Origin: an uncultured Chloroflexia bacterium
Lineage (GTDB): Bacteria > Chloroflexota > Anaerolineae > B4-G1 > SLSP01
Assembly: GCA_963751345.1 (NCBI GenBank)
Contig: CAVVUS010000027.1
Coordinates: 64,001-128,000 of the forward strand
Length of the DNA stretch: 64,000 nucleotides
Direction: 5' to 3'
Shown here: positions 1 through 10,798 of the stretch, one piece after another
How positions within the stretch are numbered: position 1 is the first letter of the stretch
Layout: each line of letters begins with the position of its first letter
The notes under the pieces: generated by a model
Database searches by the model: none
What the model was told of the DNA's origin: nothing
The model's input: only the letters and a program-made list of their open reading frames with translations
Translations under genes and position numbers: made by a program

Positions 1-109
1 AATCTGCGCGAGCGCGACGTCCGCGCGCAGGTGGCGCAGGTGGGCACGCAGGACAGCGTGTTGGCCCTGCCTGTGCGTGACGCGTCACGCGTCTCGAAAG
101 GATCCACCC

Positions 110-546
110 ATGCGACGTAGATACGTTGAGGATGAACCAGCGGCGTACGCGCCGCGCACGCCGCTGCGCGCCCGGCTGGCGCGCTTTTTCGGGCTGATGG
201 GCGCGATCTTCGCCATCGCCATGGCCGTGATCGTCACCCAGAAGTTGAGCCACGACTCGCTGGCGCTCTTGATCGGGCTCACCTGCGGGGTGCTGGCGAT
301 GCTGCCCACGCTGGCTCTGGGGGTCTTCATCTGGCGCCGCGAGGATGCCCGCCGTGCAGCAGCGTGAGCAGGCACAGCGCCAGCCCGCGTATCCGGCGAC
401 TCCGCCGGTCATCGTGATCTCCCCTCAGGCTCTTGCCCGGATACGGGCCGCAGCAACCCGCATTTGGGCACCCTCAGTCAGAAGGATGGCCATGGGCCAG
501 CGCCGAGAGTCAGCGCACTTTCACGATCGTTGGAGGTGAAGAATGA
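110..546 (+). CDS. Hypothetical two-TM membrane protein, split by frameshifts
   Basis: ORF 77..367 (ATG at 110) has two hydrophobic helices; continues in 345..539 (Pro-rich PPVIVISP) and ends in a third frame as RTFTIVGGEE* at 546. Confidence 0.5.
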
Positions 547-794
547 CATTGGCATCGGGAAAACTCAGCAAGAGAGAGCCGATCAACCTGATGGAGCGGC
601 GGAACAACTACTTTCCCAAGCGCTTTGCGTGGCGTGGACGGCGCTACGACGTCTATACTGTCGAGCGCGCCTGGACAACGATGCGTCGCAAAGGAGCACA
701 GCACTACTTCCGCGTACACTGCAGGGAGGGGACCTTTGATATCGTCGAGGACACTGGTCGCAAGACCTGGTACCTGACGGCGCAGGTAGCCTAG
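543..794 (+). CDS. Small DUF6504-like beta-rich protein
   Basis: PKRFAWRGRRYDV...W...HYFRVHC..GTFDI....TWYL pattern; ATGA overlap with the upstream gene, GGAGG RBS. Confidence 0.6.
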   Translation: MTLASGKLSKREPINLMERRNNYFPKRFAWRGRRYDVYTVERAWTTMRRKGAQHYFRVHCREGTFDIVEDTGRKTWYLTAQVA

Positions 795-1747
795 AGCCGC
801 GTCAACTGTGCGACAAGCAGGTCAAGCGCCGCCTCGGAGGGAATCTCACCGCGCTTGATCGACAGATCGGTCTCCATGAGGACTCGGTAAGCCTCTCGCA
901 GCTGATCCAGCGAGAATCGATCGGCCTGGGCGTGAATCTTCCGCACGACGTAAGGATGAAGCTTCAGCCGGGAGACGATCTGTTGTTGCGGTTGGTGCCG
1001 GTCGATCATCCAACGGACCTGGATCAGCAGTCGGAATTGCCGGACGATCATCCCAAAGATGCCCAGCGGGTGCTCGCCCACATCCAGCAGCCGGTGGAGA
1101 TCGGTTGCAGCACGCCGTGGATCGCGCTGGCCGAGCGCATCCACCATCTGAAAAATCACGTCGGCAGCCTGCACATAGGGCACCATCGTGTGCACGTCTT
1201 CTACAGTGATCTCACCCCGCTCACCGACATAGAGAAGCAGCTTCTGGATCTCCTGGTCGAGCAACTGTAGATTCCCCCCAATGTTCTGGGCCAGCATAGC
1301 TGCTGCGCGAGGCTCGATCTTGCCGCCGTACTGCGTCGTGCGCTCCCGAATCCACTGGGGCAACTCCCGTGCATCGGGCAGCACAAAGTGCTGGACTTTG
1401 ATCTCGACATCGTCATCCAGAGAGAAGACGGGGTGCCGCTTGGGCAAGGTCTTCCCCTCGTCGAAGATCAAGAGAGTTGTCGGGGGAACAACGGCGAGGA
1501 CGTCCACGATCTCGCGGGCGGCATCTCCGCGGGATGAGGACAATACATCCCGAGCGATCACGATCCTGACTTCACCCAAGAAGGGCATGACACTGCAGGC
1601 ACGGCGCAGGTCGCCCGGCCCCACGGGGCTATCGAGGATCTCCGTGTTCATATCGCGGAAATCCGCCGAAAGACCTGATTGCGCCACGATGGCCTCAAGT
1701 GCCTCGCGGCGCAATAGCGTGTTCTCACCATGCAGTACGAATAGCAT
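791..1747 (-). CDS. holA: DNA polymerase III delta subunit
   Basis: MLFVLHGEN start, MPFLGEVRIVI, LDQEIQKLLLY, IFQMVDAL, QFRLL, LKLHPYVV, DLSIKRG. Confidence 0.93.
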   Translation of the reverse strand: MLFVLHGENTLLRREALEAIVAQSGLSADFRDMNTEILDSPVGPGDLRRACSVMPFLGEVRIVIARDVLSSSRGDAAREIVDVLAVVPPTTLLIFDEGKTLPKRHPVFSLDDDVEIKVQHFVLPDARELPQWIRERTTQYGGKIEPRAAAMLAQNIGGNLQLLDQEIQKLLLYVGERGEITVEDVHTMVPYVQAADVIFQMVDALGQRDPRRAATDLHRLLDVGEHPLGIFGMIVRQFRLLIQVRWMIDRHQPQQQIVSRLKLHPYVVRKIHAQADRFSLDQLREAYRVLMETDLSIKRGEIPSEAALDLLVAQLTRL

Positions 1748-1772
1748 AACTCCGACCGGTTGGGGCAGAGGC

Positions 1773-2375
1773 CTAAGCCTCGCCCGCCTGCACCCGTCTC
1801 GTGTGAACCCGAACGCGATGCATCCCTCCCTGGTAATCGGTAAAGAAGGACGAGATCTCGGTGTCGTCCAGATTCGCATCGGTCGTTAGCGTCGCCTGAA
1901 CCCACCGAGCGATGGGCTTGGCCACCGTCAGCGCGACAGCGTTGAGAAGCACGGCCTGGGGTAGACGCTCGGCGAACCTCAGGAGACGGCGCTTGCCCGT
2001 CCCAAGGGTGCCCAACCCCAGCACCGTTGCCAGCGTCGTGAGTGCCGCCGTCACGACGAGGTTCGTGCCACAGTTCTCGTGAATCGCCAACTCGGACTCC
2101 CCCGCCTTGAGCGCGCTCAGTGCCTCGCGGGTGGCCGGAATAACCTCCTCGGCTGTCAGCGAGGAATAGAGAGTGAAACCTACGGGCCCCGAGAATCCGA
2201 AGATCTGGGCTTTGGGATAGCGTTGGGTCAGCAGGTTGATCGTCGCGTGCTCCAATGCATGGTTGCGCTGAATGCGAAGCAGCAGTCCCTTGACCGGCGC
2301 CAGACGCTCCATGGCGCCACCGCCTCCGGCTTCCAGATTTGGCACTTCTTGTGTGGATATCTGTGTAGACACCAT
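1773..2375 (-). CDS. DUF6391-like protein
   Basis: RNHALEHATI and LAIHENCGTN motifs plus hydrophobic segments. Confidence 0.7.
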   Translation of the reverse strand: MVSTQISTQEVPNLEAGGGGAMERLAPVKGLLLRIQRNHALEHATINLLTQRYPKAQIFGFSGPVGFTLYSSLTAEEVIPATREALSALKAGESELAIHENCGTNLVVTAALTTLATVLGLGTLGTGKRRLLRFAERLPQAVLLNAVALTVAKPIARWVQATLTTDANLDDTEISSFFTDYQGGMHRVRVHTRRVQAGEA

Positions 2376-3214
2376 TTACTTCGCCCCTCCACTCTCCTGA
2401 ATGGTGCTGGTGACAGGATATGCGATCACCACCAAACGATTGGCCAGACTGCCATACGGATGGCAGGTGACAAAGGTCACCCGCTCATCCGGTGTTGCCT
2501 GGATATAGCGTGCGTTCAGCCAGCCGCACGGAAAGAGGCTGTCCGGCCTCACGCAAGATGTATTTCTCCTCGACCCGGTAGACGTACGTCTCGCCGTTCG
2601 CCCCACTAAGGAACACCTGGGCGCCGAGCTCTACCTTGTACAGATCACGAAACACTTCGCCTCTTGACGTATTGTGTCCGTTGAGAACAGTGTTGCCGGG
2701 CACTCCCAGCGGGACGGACGTGTTATGCCACCCGGCGGCACGCCAATTGGGCACGTCCCACATCGGCTCCTCCTGTCCTCCTACCTTCTCCATCGACCAG
2801 CCGATGGGCACCACGGGCGCCTCAAGGTTGATGGATGGAATCGACAGTGTGATAGGTGCCGTGCCCCGCCAGACCTCGGTCGGCGTCAGTGTTGGGGCGA
2901 GCGTAGGCTCAGGCGTGGCCGTCGCAGGGACTGCGGTCTGTGTGTTCGCCGCAAGTGTGCCCGATGGTGTTGAGGTAGGTGAGGGCTCAGCGGTCACGGT
3001 CGGCGTTGCTACGAGAAGTGGGCGTTGGCATAGCTGCGGCCGCAGCCTCGAACGGTGGGGCGGTCGAGATACGCCGGGTATAGCGGAGCGTGTCGACGTA
3101 CGTCGTAAACCTGGGTGCGATCAACACCCCACCCAGGAAGATTAGCATCCCGCCGACCACTAGTAGGAGGTTTGCGATCCTCTTTGTCGTCACTCTCATA
3201 TCCGGATCCAGCAC
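2376..3214 (-). CDS. Sortase (class D/F-like), two frameshifts
   Basis: N-terminal TM, Pro/Thr linker, GNTVLNGH (His), VTFVTCHPY (Cys), NRLVVIA (Arg) across ORFs 2987..3214, 2485..2997, 2376..2606. Confidence 0.85.
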
Positions 3215-3232
3215 AGCGGAAATCTGGTCCGC

Positions 3233-3793
3233 CTAGGTCTCAGGGACCTCCCGGTAGACCTCAGGCTTCAAAACACCAATGTAAGGTACATTCCTGTATT
3301 GTTCAGCATAGTCCAGTCCGTATCCCATGACAAACTCGTTAGGGACCTCAAAGCCGACGAAGTCCACCGGGACCTCGATCTCACGGCGGGAGGGCTTGTT
3401 GAGCAGGGTTGCGACCCGCAGGCTGGCCGGGTTCCGGGACGCAAAGTTGCGCAGGATGTAGTCCAGGGTATGCCCGGTATCGACGATATCCTCGACGATG
3501 ATGACGTGACGCCCCTCAATGCTGGAGGCCAGATCCAGGAGAATGCGCACCACACCGCTGCTCGTCGTGCCCTGTCCGTAACTCGAGATCTCCATGAAAT
3601 CGACCTCGTGTCGGAAGCTCAGCTGGCGCGTCAGATCCGCCAGGAACATGAAGGCGCCCTTGAGGATGCAAACAAGGATCGGCGGCTCAGCGTCGCTGTA
3701 CAGGGCATTCATCTCGGCGGCGACGGCAGCGATGCGGTTCCGGATTTGCTCTTCCGAGATCAGCACCCGCTCGACGTCATCTAGCATTGACAT
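3233..3793 (-). CDS. hpt: Hypoxanthine phosphoribosyltransferase
   Basis: ILKGAFMF, VIIVEDIVDTGHTL PRPP motif, FVMGYGLDY. Confidence 0.95.
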   Translation of the reverse strand: MSMLDDVERVLISEEQIRNRIAAVAAEMNALYSDAEPPILVCILKGAFMFLADLTRQLSFRHEVDFMEISSYGQGTTSSGVVRILLDLASSIEGRHVIIVEDIVDTGHTLDYILRNFASRNPASLRVATLLNKPSRREIEVPVDFVGFEVPNEFVMGYGLDYAEQYRNVPYIGVLKPEVYREVPET

Positions 3794-3802
3794 CGCCCCA
3801 CC

Positions 3803-4363
3803 TCACTTCTGGTACACACGCGGCTTGAGGGCGGCGATGTAGGGCAGCGTCCGGAATCGGTCGGCAAAATCCAGGCCGTACCCAACGACCCACACGTCGG
3901 GTATGGAGAAGCCGAGGTAATGAAGCGGCACGTCGACCTCGTGACGATCGGGTTTCGTAAGCAGCGCCGCCGTGCGAAGCGATGCGGGCTGTCTCGCCTC
4001 GAAAAGGCGGTAGAGATAGCGCAAGGTGTACCCTGTGTCCAGGATATCCTCTACAATGAGGATGTGGCGCCCGGCGACGTCGGCACGGGTATCCATAATC
4101 AGCCGCACGGCACCACTACTCTCCGCCTTGTCGGAGTAACTGGAGAGTGCGATGAAATCGACGCGATGGGGCACGGTCAGCCGGCGCGCCAGGTCCGCGA
4201 GGAAAATGAAGGACCCCTTGAGAACCCCTATGAGTAGGAAGTCCTCATTGCGGATCCCCTTGTAATCCGCACTGATGTGGTCGGCCATCTCCTGAACACG
4301 ATTCTGGATGGTCGGTTCATCCAACAAGACGTAGTCAACGGAATCAGGAATCGGCACACTCAT
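3803..4363 (-). CDS. hpt: Hypoxanthine phosphoribosyltransferase, second paralog
   Basis: VLKGSFIF, ILIVEDILDTGYTL, WVVGYGLDF. Confidence 0.93.
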   Translation of the reverse strand: MSVPIPDSVDYVLLDEPTIQNRVQEMADHISADYKGIRNEDFLLIGVLKGSFIFLADLARRLTVPHRVDFIALSSYSDKAESSGAVRLIMDTRADVAGRHILIVEDILDTGYTLRYLYRLFEARQPASLRTAALLTKPDRHEVDVPLHYLGFSIPDVWVVGYGLDFADRFRTLPYIAALKPRVYQK

Positions 4364-4372
4364 TGCAGCTCC

Positions 4373-4960
4373 CTAGCTGGTCGTTCGTCGAGGCACTTCG
4401 TGGTGCGCGCGACAGCGCGCTTCGTACACTTCACTCGCGCCCACGAGGACGATAGGATCCTCGTAGCACGCAGGTTGTCCCTCAATCAGGCGCTGCGTCC
4501 GGCTCGCCGGATGCCCGCAGACGACGCAGATGGCCTGGAGTTTGTCCACTCGCTCTGCAATGGCCAGTAACTGAGGGATCGGACCGAAGGGGACACCGCG
4601 GAAGTCCATATCCAGCCCCGCGCAGATCACGCGTTTCCCATCTTCAGCGAGTTCGTTGCACAACGCGACGATCTCCGGCTCGAAGAACTGGACTTCGTCG
4701 ATCGCGACCACATCCGCAAGCTCATCGAGATTCCGGCGGATGTCGTCGCATCCGTCCACAGGGATTGCATCGGCGTGAAGTCCGTTGTGGGACGCGATCG
4801 CCTTATGGAAGTATCGGGTATCTACGGATGGTTTGAAGACCTGGACCTGCTGGCGTGCGATCTCGGCCCGGCGCAGACGGCGAATCAGCTCCTCCGTCTT
4901 GCCGCTGAACATACTGCCGCAAATGACCTCAATCCACCCCGAATTTGCGTCTGTCAGCAT
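4373..4960 (-). CDS. tdk: Thymidine kinase
   Basis: [28 protein letters not shown], Zn ligands CVVC..RCRAH. Confidence 0.96.
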   Translation of the reverse strand: MLTDANSGWIEVICGSMFSGKTEELIRRLRRAEIARQQVQVFKPSVDTRYFHKAIASHNGLHADAIPVDGCDDIRRNLDELADVVAIDEVQFFEPEIVALCNELAEDGKRVICAGLDMDFRGVPFGPIPQLLAIAERVDKLQAICVVCGHPASRTQRLIEGQPACYEDPIVLVGASEVYEARCRAHHEVPRRTTS

Positions 4961-4989
4961 GTCACACTCCCGGCGCGTAGAATGAAACA

Positions 4990-5012
4990 AGGCAGGGGAA
5001 TGTCCCCTGCCT
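4990..5012 (-). terminator. Hairpin after rpmE
   Basis: AGGCAGGGGA-atg-TCCCCTGCCT inverted repeat; on the minus strand followed by TGTTTCATT. Confidence 0.55.
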
Positions 5013-5025
5013 CGCTTTTAGGTCT

Positions 5026-5558
5026 CTACGCGGCTTCCGCCGCTTCGGCTTCTTCTGCGCCCCGGCTTCTGAGAGTGTCTCAGCGGCACCGGAGACGGGT
5101 TCATCACCAGGCAGAACAAACCCGCGTGAGCGGAGTCCTCGCTTCGTATCGGCAAGTGCCTTGAGCCCCACACCCTTGATCTCGGTGAGACCTTCGTCAC
5201 CCTTCTCCGCGAGAATATCCAGAATGTCGCCGACCTTCTCAATCCCGGCTTCCGTCAGGAGATTCTCGAGGCGTGTGCCCAACTCCAGCGACTCAATGGA
5301 CAGCTCGGGCGAGGTTCTGGACGCCTTGCGGCGCTCCTCATCCTGAATCGCTTCCTCACGAGCGCGCAGACGCCGCATAAAGCGATCCACCTGGCCCTCA
5401 GTGTCAACGATACGCTGCTCACCGGTGTAGTAGGGGTGGCATTCCGAACAAACGTCCGTTCGAATCTCGGGCACCGTCGCACCGACGGTCCAGGAATTAC
5501 CGCAAGCACAGATGACCTGCGCCTCAGGATACCACTTCGGATGAAGGTCGGGCTTCAT
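5026..5558 (-). CDS. rpmE: 50S ribosomal protein L31 with C-terminal RNAP alpha-CTD-like (HhH) extension
   Basis: [29 protein letters not shown], then [27 protein letters not shown]...IKGVGLKAL; the true tail is probably [10 protein letters not shown] at 5026 (1-bp shift; ORF track runs to 4962). Confidence 0.93.
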
Positions 5559-5815
5559 GCTGCCACCGCCAATTCCGCAATCACGTTAACACGCTTGCGC
5601 CCATGAACAACGTCATACTTGACGATGCCGTCGACCAGCGAGTAGAGGGTAAAGTCCTTGCCCAGTCCAACATTCGTGCCCGCCTTAAGATGTTCGCCAA
5701 CCTGGCGCACCAAGATATTCCCGGCACGAACGCGTTCGCCACCATACTTCTTGACACCACGGCGCTTGGCGTTGCTGTCGCGACCGTTAGTACCTGTTGC
5801 CTTCTTGCGTGCCAT
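5555..5815 (-). CDS. rpmA: 50S ribosomal protein L27
   Basis: [35 protein letters not shown]. Confidence 0.97.
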   Translation of the reverse strand: MARKKATGTNGRDSNAKRRGVKKYGGERVRAGNILVRQVGEHLKAGTNVGLGKDFTLYSLVDGIVKYDVVHGRKRVNVIAELAVAA

Positions 5816-5817
5816 CG

Positions 5818-6135
5818 CTATGCTCCTTTTGAAATCTCGTCAATACGCAAGCGCATGTAGGTTTGACGATGGCCCATGCGACGTCGGTAGCGCTCTTTTG
5901 GCTTGTACTTGAAGATGCGAATCTTCGGGCCCCGGAATTCCTCCAGGACGGTCGCACGGACCGATGCTCCCTCAACGGTAGGATGCCCCACCGCAACGCC
6001 TTCGTCGTCAGCCACCAGATAGACCTCGCCCAGCTCGACCTGTGCGCCCACCTCGTAAGGGAGACGCTCTACGATGAGTTCGTCCCCAACGGATGCTTTG
6101 TACTGATGTGCCCCGGTCTTGATAACTGCGTACAC
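5818..6135 (-). CDS. rplU: 50S ribosomal protein L21
   Basis: GTG start after GGGAGG; [22 protein letters not shown]. Confidence 0.97.
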   Translation of the reverse strand: MYAVIKTGAHQYKASVGDELIVERLPYEVGAQVELGEVYLVADDEGVAVGHPTVEGASVRATVLEEFRGPKIRIFKYKPKERYRRRMGHRQTYMRLRIDEISKGA

Positions 6136-6160
6136 GTCTTTCCTCCCTAATACACAATAG

Positions 6161-6221
6161 GAGCCGAGCCCTCGCAGGGTCGGCTGCTCAGTGATTATAT
6201 CCGGGGCGAACGATTTGTCAA
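6161..6221 (-). promoter_or_regulatory. Sigma70 promoter and 5'UTR hairpin (possible L21 leader) of rplU-rpmA-rpmE
   Basis: Minus strand TTGACA (6221-6216), 16-nt spacer, TATAAT (6199-6194), then hairpin GAGCAGCCGACCCTGCGAGGGCTCGGCTC. Confidence 0.75.
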
Positions 6222-6234
6222 CCAAACTTTCCCG

Positions 6235-6721
6235 TCAGGTTGAGTTATGCTGCCCCACATCCGCGATGACACGGTCAATCTGAGACTTGATGCCGTCCCA
6301 GTGCGTTCCCTTCCAGTAGATTCTACCACATTCGGAGCACTGGTGAAACTCGCGCTGAGTCTGGGCCACGTAGGGCGGCACGACCGCCGCGGCGGCCTCC
6401 CACGTCAGCGGCTCAAGAATCCCGTTACATTCCATACACCGGGGCGCCCCCACGGGCGGCGACATGCCCACCTCGAGTCAAGACCTGTGCGAGCTGTTCC
6501 GGCAGCGACTGAGACGCGATCAGGATGGACACTACCCCTCTCCTGCGAGCCAGCTCCCGGTCTCGGGTCAAAAGGATCCGTTCCTCTGCCCGGGCACGGT
6601 ACGCGATCATGGCATCATCGCCCTGGAGATAGCGTGTGTCGAATCCCAAGATGCGCAGCCACCGTGCGAGGCTGCCCAGCATTGCGTCCGCCAGGAACTT
6701 TGGGGCTTCGGATTCGGTCAT
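6235..6721 (-). CDS. Mut7-C RNase domain protein (PIN-like plus Zn ribbon), frameshifted
   Basis: FLADAMLGSLARWLRILGFDT, LLTRDREL, RCMECNG, CSECGRIYWKGTHW; shift near 6470. Confidence 0.88.
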
Positions 6722-6839
6722 CACTTCCTCCCTGCTGACTAACCCTGGTATGTTAAGCTCGGGAGACGAACACGCAAGGTTGGCACCCGCAAATCGTTTG
6801 CTTTTCCCCTGTTTCGCGGTAGAAATCATAAAATCCCCC

Positions 6840-6868
6840 TTGCGATAGAATATCCGTTCTGGTATCAT
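6840..6868 (+). promoter_or_regulatory. radA promoter with LexA/SOS-box-like site in the spacer
   Basis: TTGCGA-17 nt-TATCAT; spacer holds AGAAT-ATCC-GTTCT (6847-6860), one mismatch to AGAAC-N4-GTTCT. Confidence 0.65.
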
Positions 6869-6888
6869 GGTCTAGAGAGAGTGAGTCT

Positions 6889-8268
6889 ATGCCGAAACAG
6901 GATACCCGTTGGGTCTGCCAGCAATGCAATTGGAGCTTCGTCCGACATATGGGCAAGTGCCCCAATTGTGGCGCGTGGGACAGCCTGGTCGAGACCGTGA
7001 TCGAGCCCGAGCCCGGCGCAGCGAGCGCGGTCGCTCCACCCTATGGGGTACAAAGCCCCCAACCTCTCAGTCAGGTGGATATCGGGTCGGTGCCACGCAT
7101 ACCGGTCCCGTTGGGCGAATTCTCACGGGTTCTGGGGGGCGGCCTGGTGCCAGGTTCCATTGTACTGATTGGAGGCGAGCCCGGCATCGGTAAGTCGACT
7201 CTGCTGCTCCAGGTTGCTGCGAGCCTGGGAGACGCCCGGCTGCCGGTGCTCTACGTATCCGGGGAGGAATCGCCCCAGCAGATACGGATGCGAGCCGACC
7301 GGCTTGGGATCGAGGGCGACCCGTTACATCTGCTGTCCGAGACGGAGGTCGGCACAATCCTGGCCCACGCTGACGCGATGCATCCCAACCTCCGGGCGCT
7401 CGTGATCGACTCCATCCAGACGATGCACACGGAGGATCTCACCTCCTCTTCAGGAAACGTCAGCCAGGTGCGCGAATCGGCCAGCCGATTCCAGCGCTGG
7501 GCAAAGCTGCGTGGCATCCCGGTCTTCATCGTGGGTCACGTGACAAAGCAGGGCTCCATCGCAGGCCCCAAGGTACTGGAGCACATTGTCGACACCGTGC
7601 TCTATCTCGAGGGAGATCCGTTTCACGCATATCGCCTGCTGCGCAGCGTGAAGAACCGCTTTGGCGCCACCTCAGAGGTGGGCGTCTTTGAGATGCAGGC
7701 TCGCGGTATGATCGAGGTCGAGAACCCATCGGAGGCCTTCCTCGCCGAACGGATGGTCAACGTTCCCGGCTCAGCAGTGGCCATCACCATTGAGGGCACA
7801 CGTCCTCTGCTGGTGGAAGTTCAGGCGCTGGCCAGCCCCACGGCATTCGGAAATCCAAGGCGCACCGCCAATGGCCTGGACTTCAACCGCCTGCTGCTGA
7901 CCATCGCGGTATTGACCCGTCGCGTTGGCCTGAACCTCGGCGAGCAAGACATCTTTGCGAACGTCGTGGGTGGGCTGCAAGTGGAGGAACCCGCGGTGGA
8001 TCTCGCGGTCGTTCTGGCCCTTACCTCCAGTCTGCGGGATCAGCCGATTCCTGCGGACGTGGCCCTGGTCGGGGAGGTTGGGCTTTCCGGCGAGGTCCGT
8101 TCCGTCGGCCAGCTCGAACCGCGGCTTAACGAGGCAGCGCGGTTGGGGTTCAGCAAGGCTATCATTCCCAGGCGACTTGGGCGCACCGAGCTCACTCTGC
8201 CAAGGGGTCTGGAGGCGATCCAGGTGCGTTCAGTCCGAGAGGCAATTGGGGTCGCACTGCCAAAGTGG
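6889..8268 (+). CDS. radA: DNA repair protein RadA/Sms
   Basis: CQQC..CPNC Zn finger, GEPGIGKS, KNRFG, Lon-like C-terminus; expected stop at 8266-8268 reads TGG. Confidence 0.95.
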
Positions 8269-8292
8269 CTCCCGCAGCGAAGCGAGGAGAGC

Positions 8293-10775
8293 ATGACGCG
8301 GCGCCGTTCTTCGTCATCGCAGTCCGGCAAGCGCACGTCCAACCGGAGTCGTACGCGCCGCAAACCTGCTCCTGGGCCGACCCTGTGGCAGCGTCTCAGC
8401 AAGGACCAGAAACTGGATATCCTGGGCTGGGGACTGGTCGTGCTCTCGGCGCTGACGATCCTCAGTATGGTGTCTGCCCAGCAAGGTGTGCTGACGCAGT
8501 GGTGGATCACGCTACTGAAGCGCGTCTTCGGCTGGGGGCGCTTTGCCGTACCAGTCTTTCTCGGCGCGCTCGGGCTCTGGCTGGTGCTGCGCCATTTCGG
8601 GGATCGTATCCCCACGGCACACCCGGGACAGATCCTCGGGGTTGTGCTGGGCTTCTTCGTCCTCTTGACCACACTGCACTTCGCGGTCAGCCTCGTCTGG
8701 CCCGAGGTCGACATACTGAGCCTCGGGCGCGCAGGCGTTGGTGGAGGTCTACTGGGCGCCGTACTCTTGGGCGCCGGCATCAAGTGGCTTGGGCCGGCTG
8801 GGCTCGTCTTCGCACTCTTGATCGGCTGGATTGCCGTCCTCGCCCTCACGGCTGCCGTTTCCCCCGCCGAAGCGGTGCGTACGATTGCCGAGTGGCGCGC
8901 CAGGCGCGAGGCGGAACGATCGGGCGCGCGAAGAGGCACAGGCCGCCAGGACATTTCCGAGAAGCAGATTCCCACGGAACTCCTTGGGTCGGAGGATGGC
9001 GACTTCGCAGACATTGGCCCGGTGATCATCGGTGGTCCCGGCCGGCCCGCCCCCACGCCCGCCGACCGCGCGAGGGACAGCGATGGGAGACGGATGCGGC
9101 GGCGCGCACCCCGCCTACCATCAACGTTGCGTCTCGCCCCAGTAACGGCAACGGCGAAACACATCCGAGTGGCGAGATCGACCTGGCTCCCCTCGCAGTA
9201 GGGACCCAGACCTGGCGGCTGCCCGTGATGTCTGACATCCTGATAGAGGGCAGCGAACAATCATACAGCGAAGATCTGATTCGCAAGCAGGTCCACATCA
9301 TCGAGGACACGTTGGCCAGCCTGGGTGCGCCGGTCCGGGTTAGCGAGATCAACCAAGGACCCGTGGTCACGCAGTTCGGGGCCGAGCCCCTCTTCATTCC
9401 CGGTCGTGGTGGCAAGAGCACGAAGGTCAAGGTCAGCAAGATCGTGAATCTTGCCGATGACCTGGCGCTCGCGCTATCTGCCAGAAGCATCCGTATCGAG
9501 GCGCCGATTCCGGGCAAGGGGTTGGTCGGTATCGAGGTCCCCAATGAGGAGGCAGCAGTCGTCGCGCTGCGCGACGTTATGGATTCGGACAGTTTCGCCG
9601 GTCTGAAGGGGCATCTGCGCCTCGGTCTGGGTCAGGATGTTTCGGGACAGGCAGTAGCTGCCGACCTGCGGGCGATGCCGCACCTCCTGATCGCCGGCGC
9701 GACCGGTGCCGGGAAGTCCGTCTGCGTGAACGCCATCATCACGGCTCTTCTGCTGCAGAATTCACCCGACACCCTGCGCCTCATCCTCGTCGATCCGAAA
9801 CGCGTTGAACTCACGCAGTACAACGGCATCCCACACCTTCTGGCACCGGTCATCGCGGACGTAGATCGCGTTGTGCCGACGCTGCGCTGGGTCATGAAGG
9901 AAATGGACAGCCGTTACCGGCGCTTTGCCAGTGAGGGTGCGCGCAACATCGACGACTACAATCGCCGAGTCAGGAAGAGCGGATCACAGCTCGTTATCCC
10001 GTACATCGCCGTCCTCATCGATGAGCTCGCCGATCTGATGATGCAGGCTCCCGATGAGGCGGAACGCGTGATCTGCCGTCTCGCCCAGATGGCGCGGGCA
10101 ACGGGCATCCACCTCATTATTGCGACCCAACGACCGAGCGTTGACGTGGTCACCGGCTTGATCAAGGCCAATTTTCCCGCACGCATCGCGTTCGCAGTCG
10201 CCTCGTCTGTCGACTCTCGCGTCATCCTGGACGTACCGGGCGCAGAGCGGCTGCTGGGACGCGGCGATATGTTGTTCGTCCCCCCTGACGTCAGCCAGCC
10301 CCTGAGACTTCAGGGCGCATTCGTCTCCGACCAGGAAATAGAGACTCTGATCAGGTTCTGGCGCACGGCCGTCGAGCCCGAGGGAATCAGCTCGGCCCCG
10401 GGGCGAGGTCGCGAGACGCCCACGGGCTCGAGGTCGATGCGGCGGGCCTTCAAGAGATTGCCGCCACCCAGCCGCAGCTCTTCCCGACTTTCGAAGAGCC
10501 CACGTCGTCGGAATTCGAGTTCGACGACGAGCTGGTGCCTGCGTGTGTGGAAGTCTTCCTCGCAGAGAATCGGGCTTCGACATCGCTCTTGCAGCGCCGG
10601 CTGCGCATCGGCTATACGCGTGCGGCGAGGCTGATGGAGCTGCTGGAGGATCTGGGCATCGTGGCCGAAGAGATGAAAGGGCAGTCTCGAAAGGTCAACC
10701 GCGTTGTCGCGGAGGAGCTATTGCGCTCGATCAACACCGGCGAGACAGCCCCCTCCGAGAGTCCCGCCGTTCTGA
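8293..10775 (+). CDS. ftsK: DNA translocase FtsK/SpoIIIE, frameshifted
   Basis: GAGGAG RBS and ATG 8293; 4TM N-domain; PHLLIAGATGAGKS, IDELADLMM, ATQRPSVDV, LLGRGDMLF; gamma domain STSLLQRRLRIGYTRAARL; shifts near 9090, 10430-10500 and 10765. Confidence 0.93.
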
Positions 10776-10798
10776 AGCGCCTATCGGAAGGATTGACG

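Noticed and set aside
6889-9201. RadA-FtsK fusion (770-aa ORF)
   Set aside because: RadA ends at its normal length; TGG at 8266 is one base from a stop and ftsK has its own RBS and ATG at 8293. Probably a base-call error.
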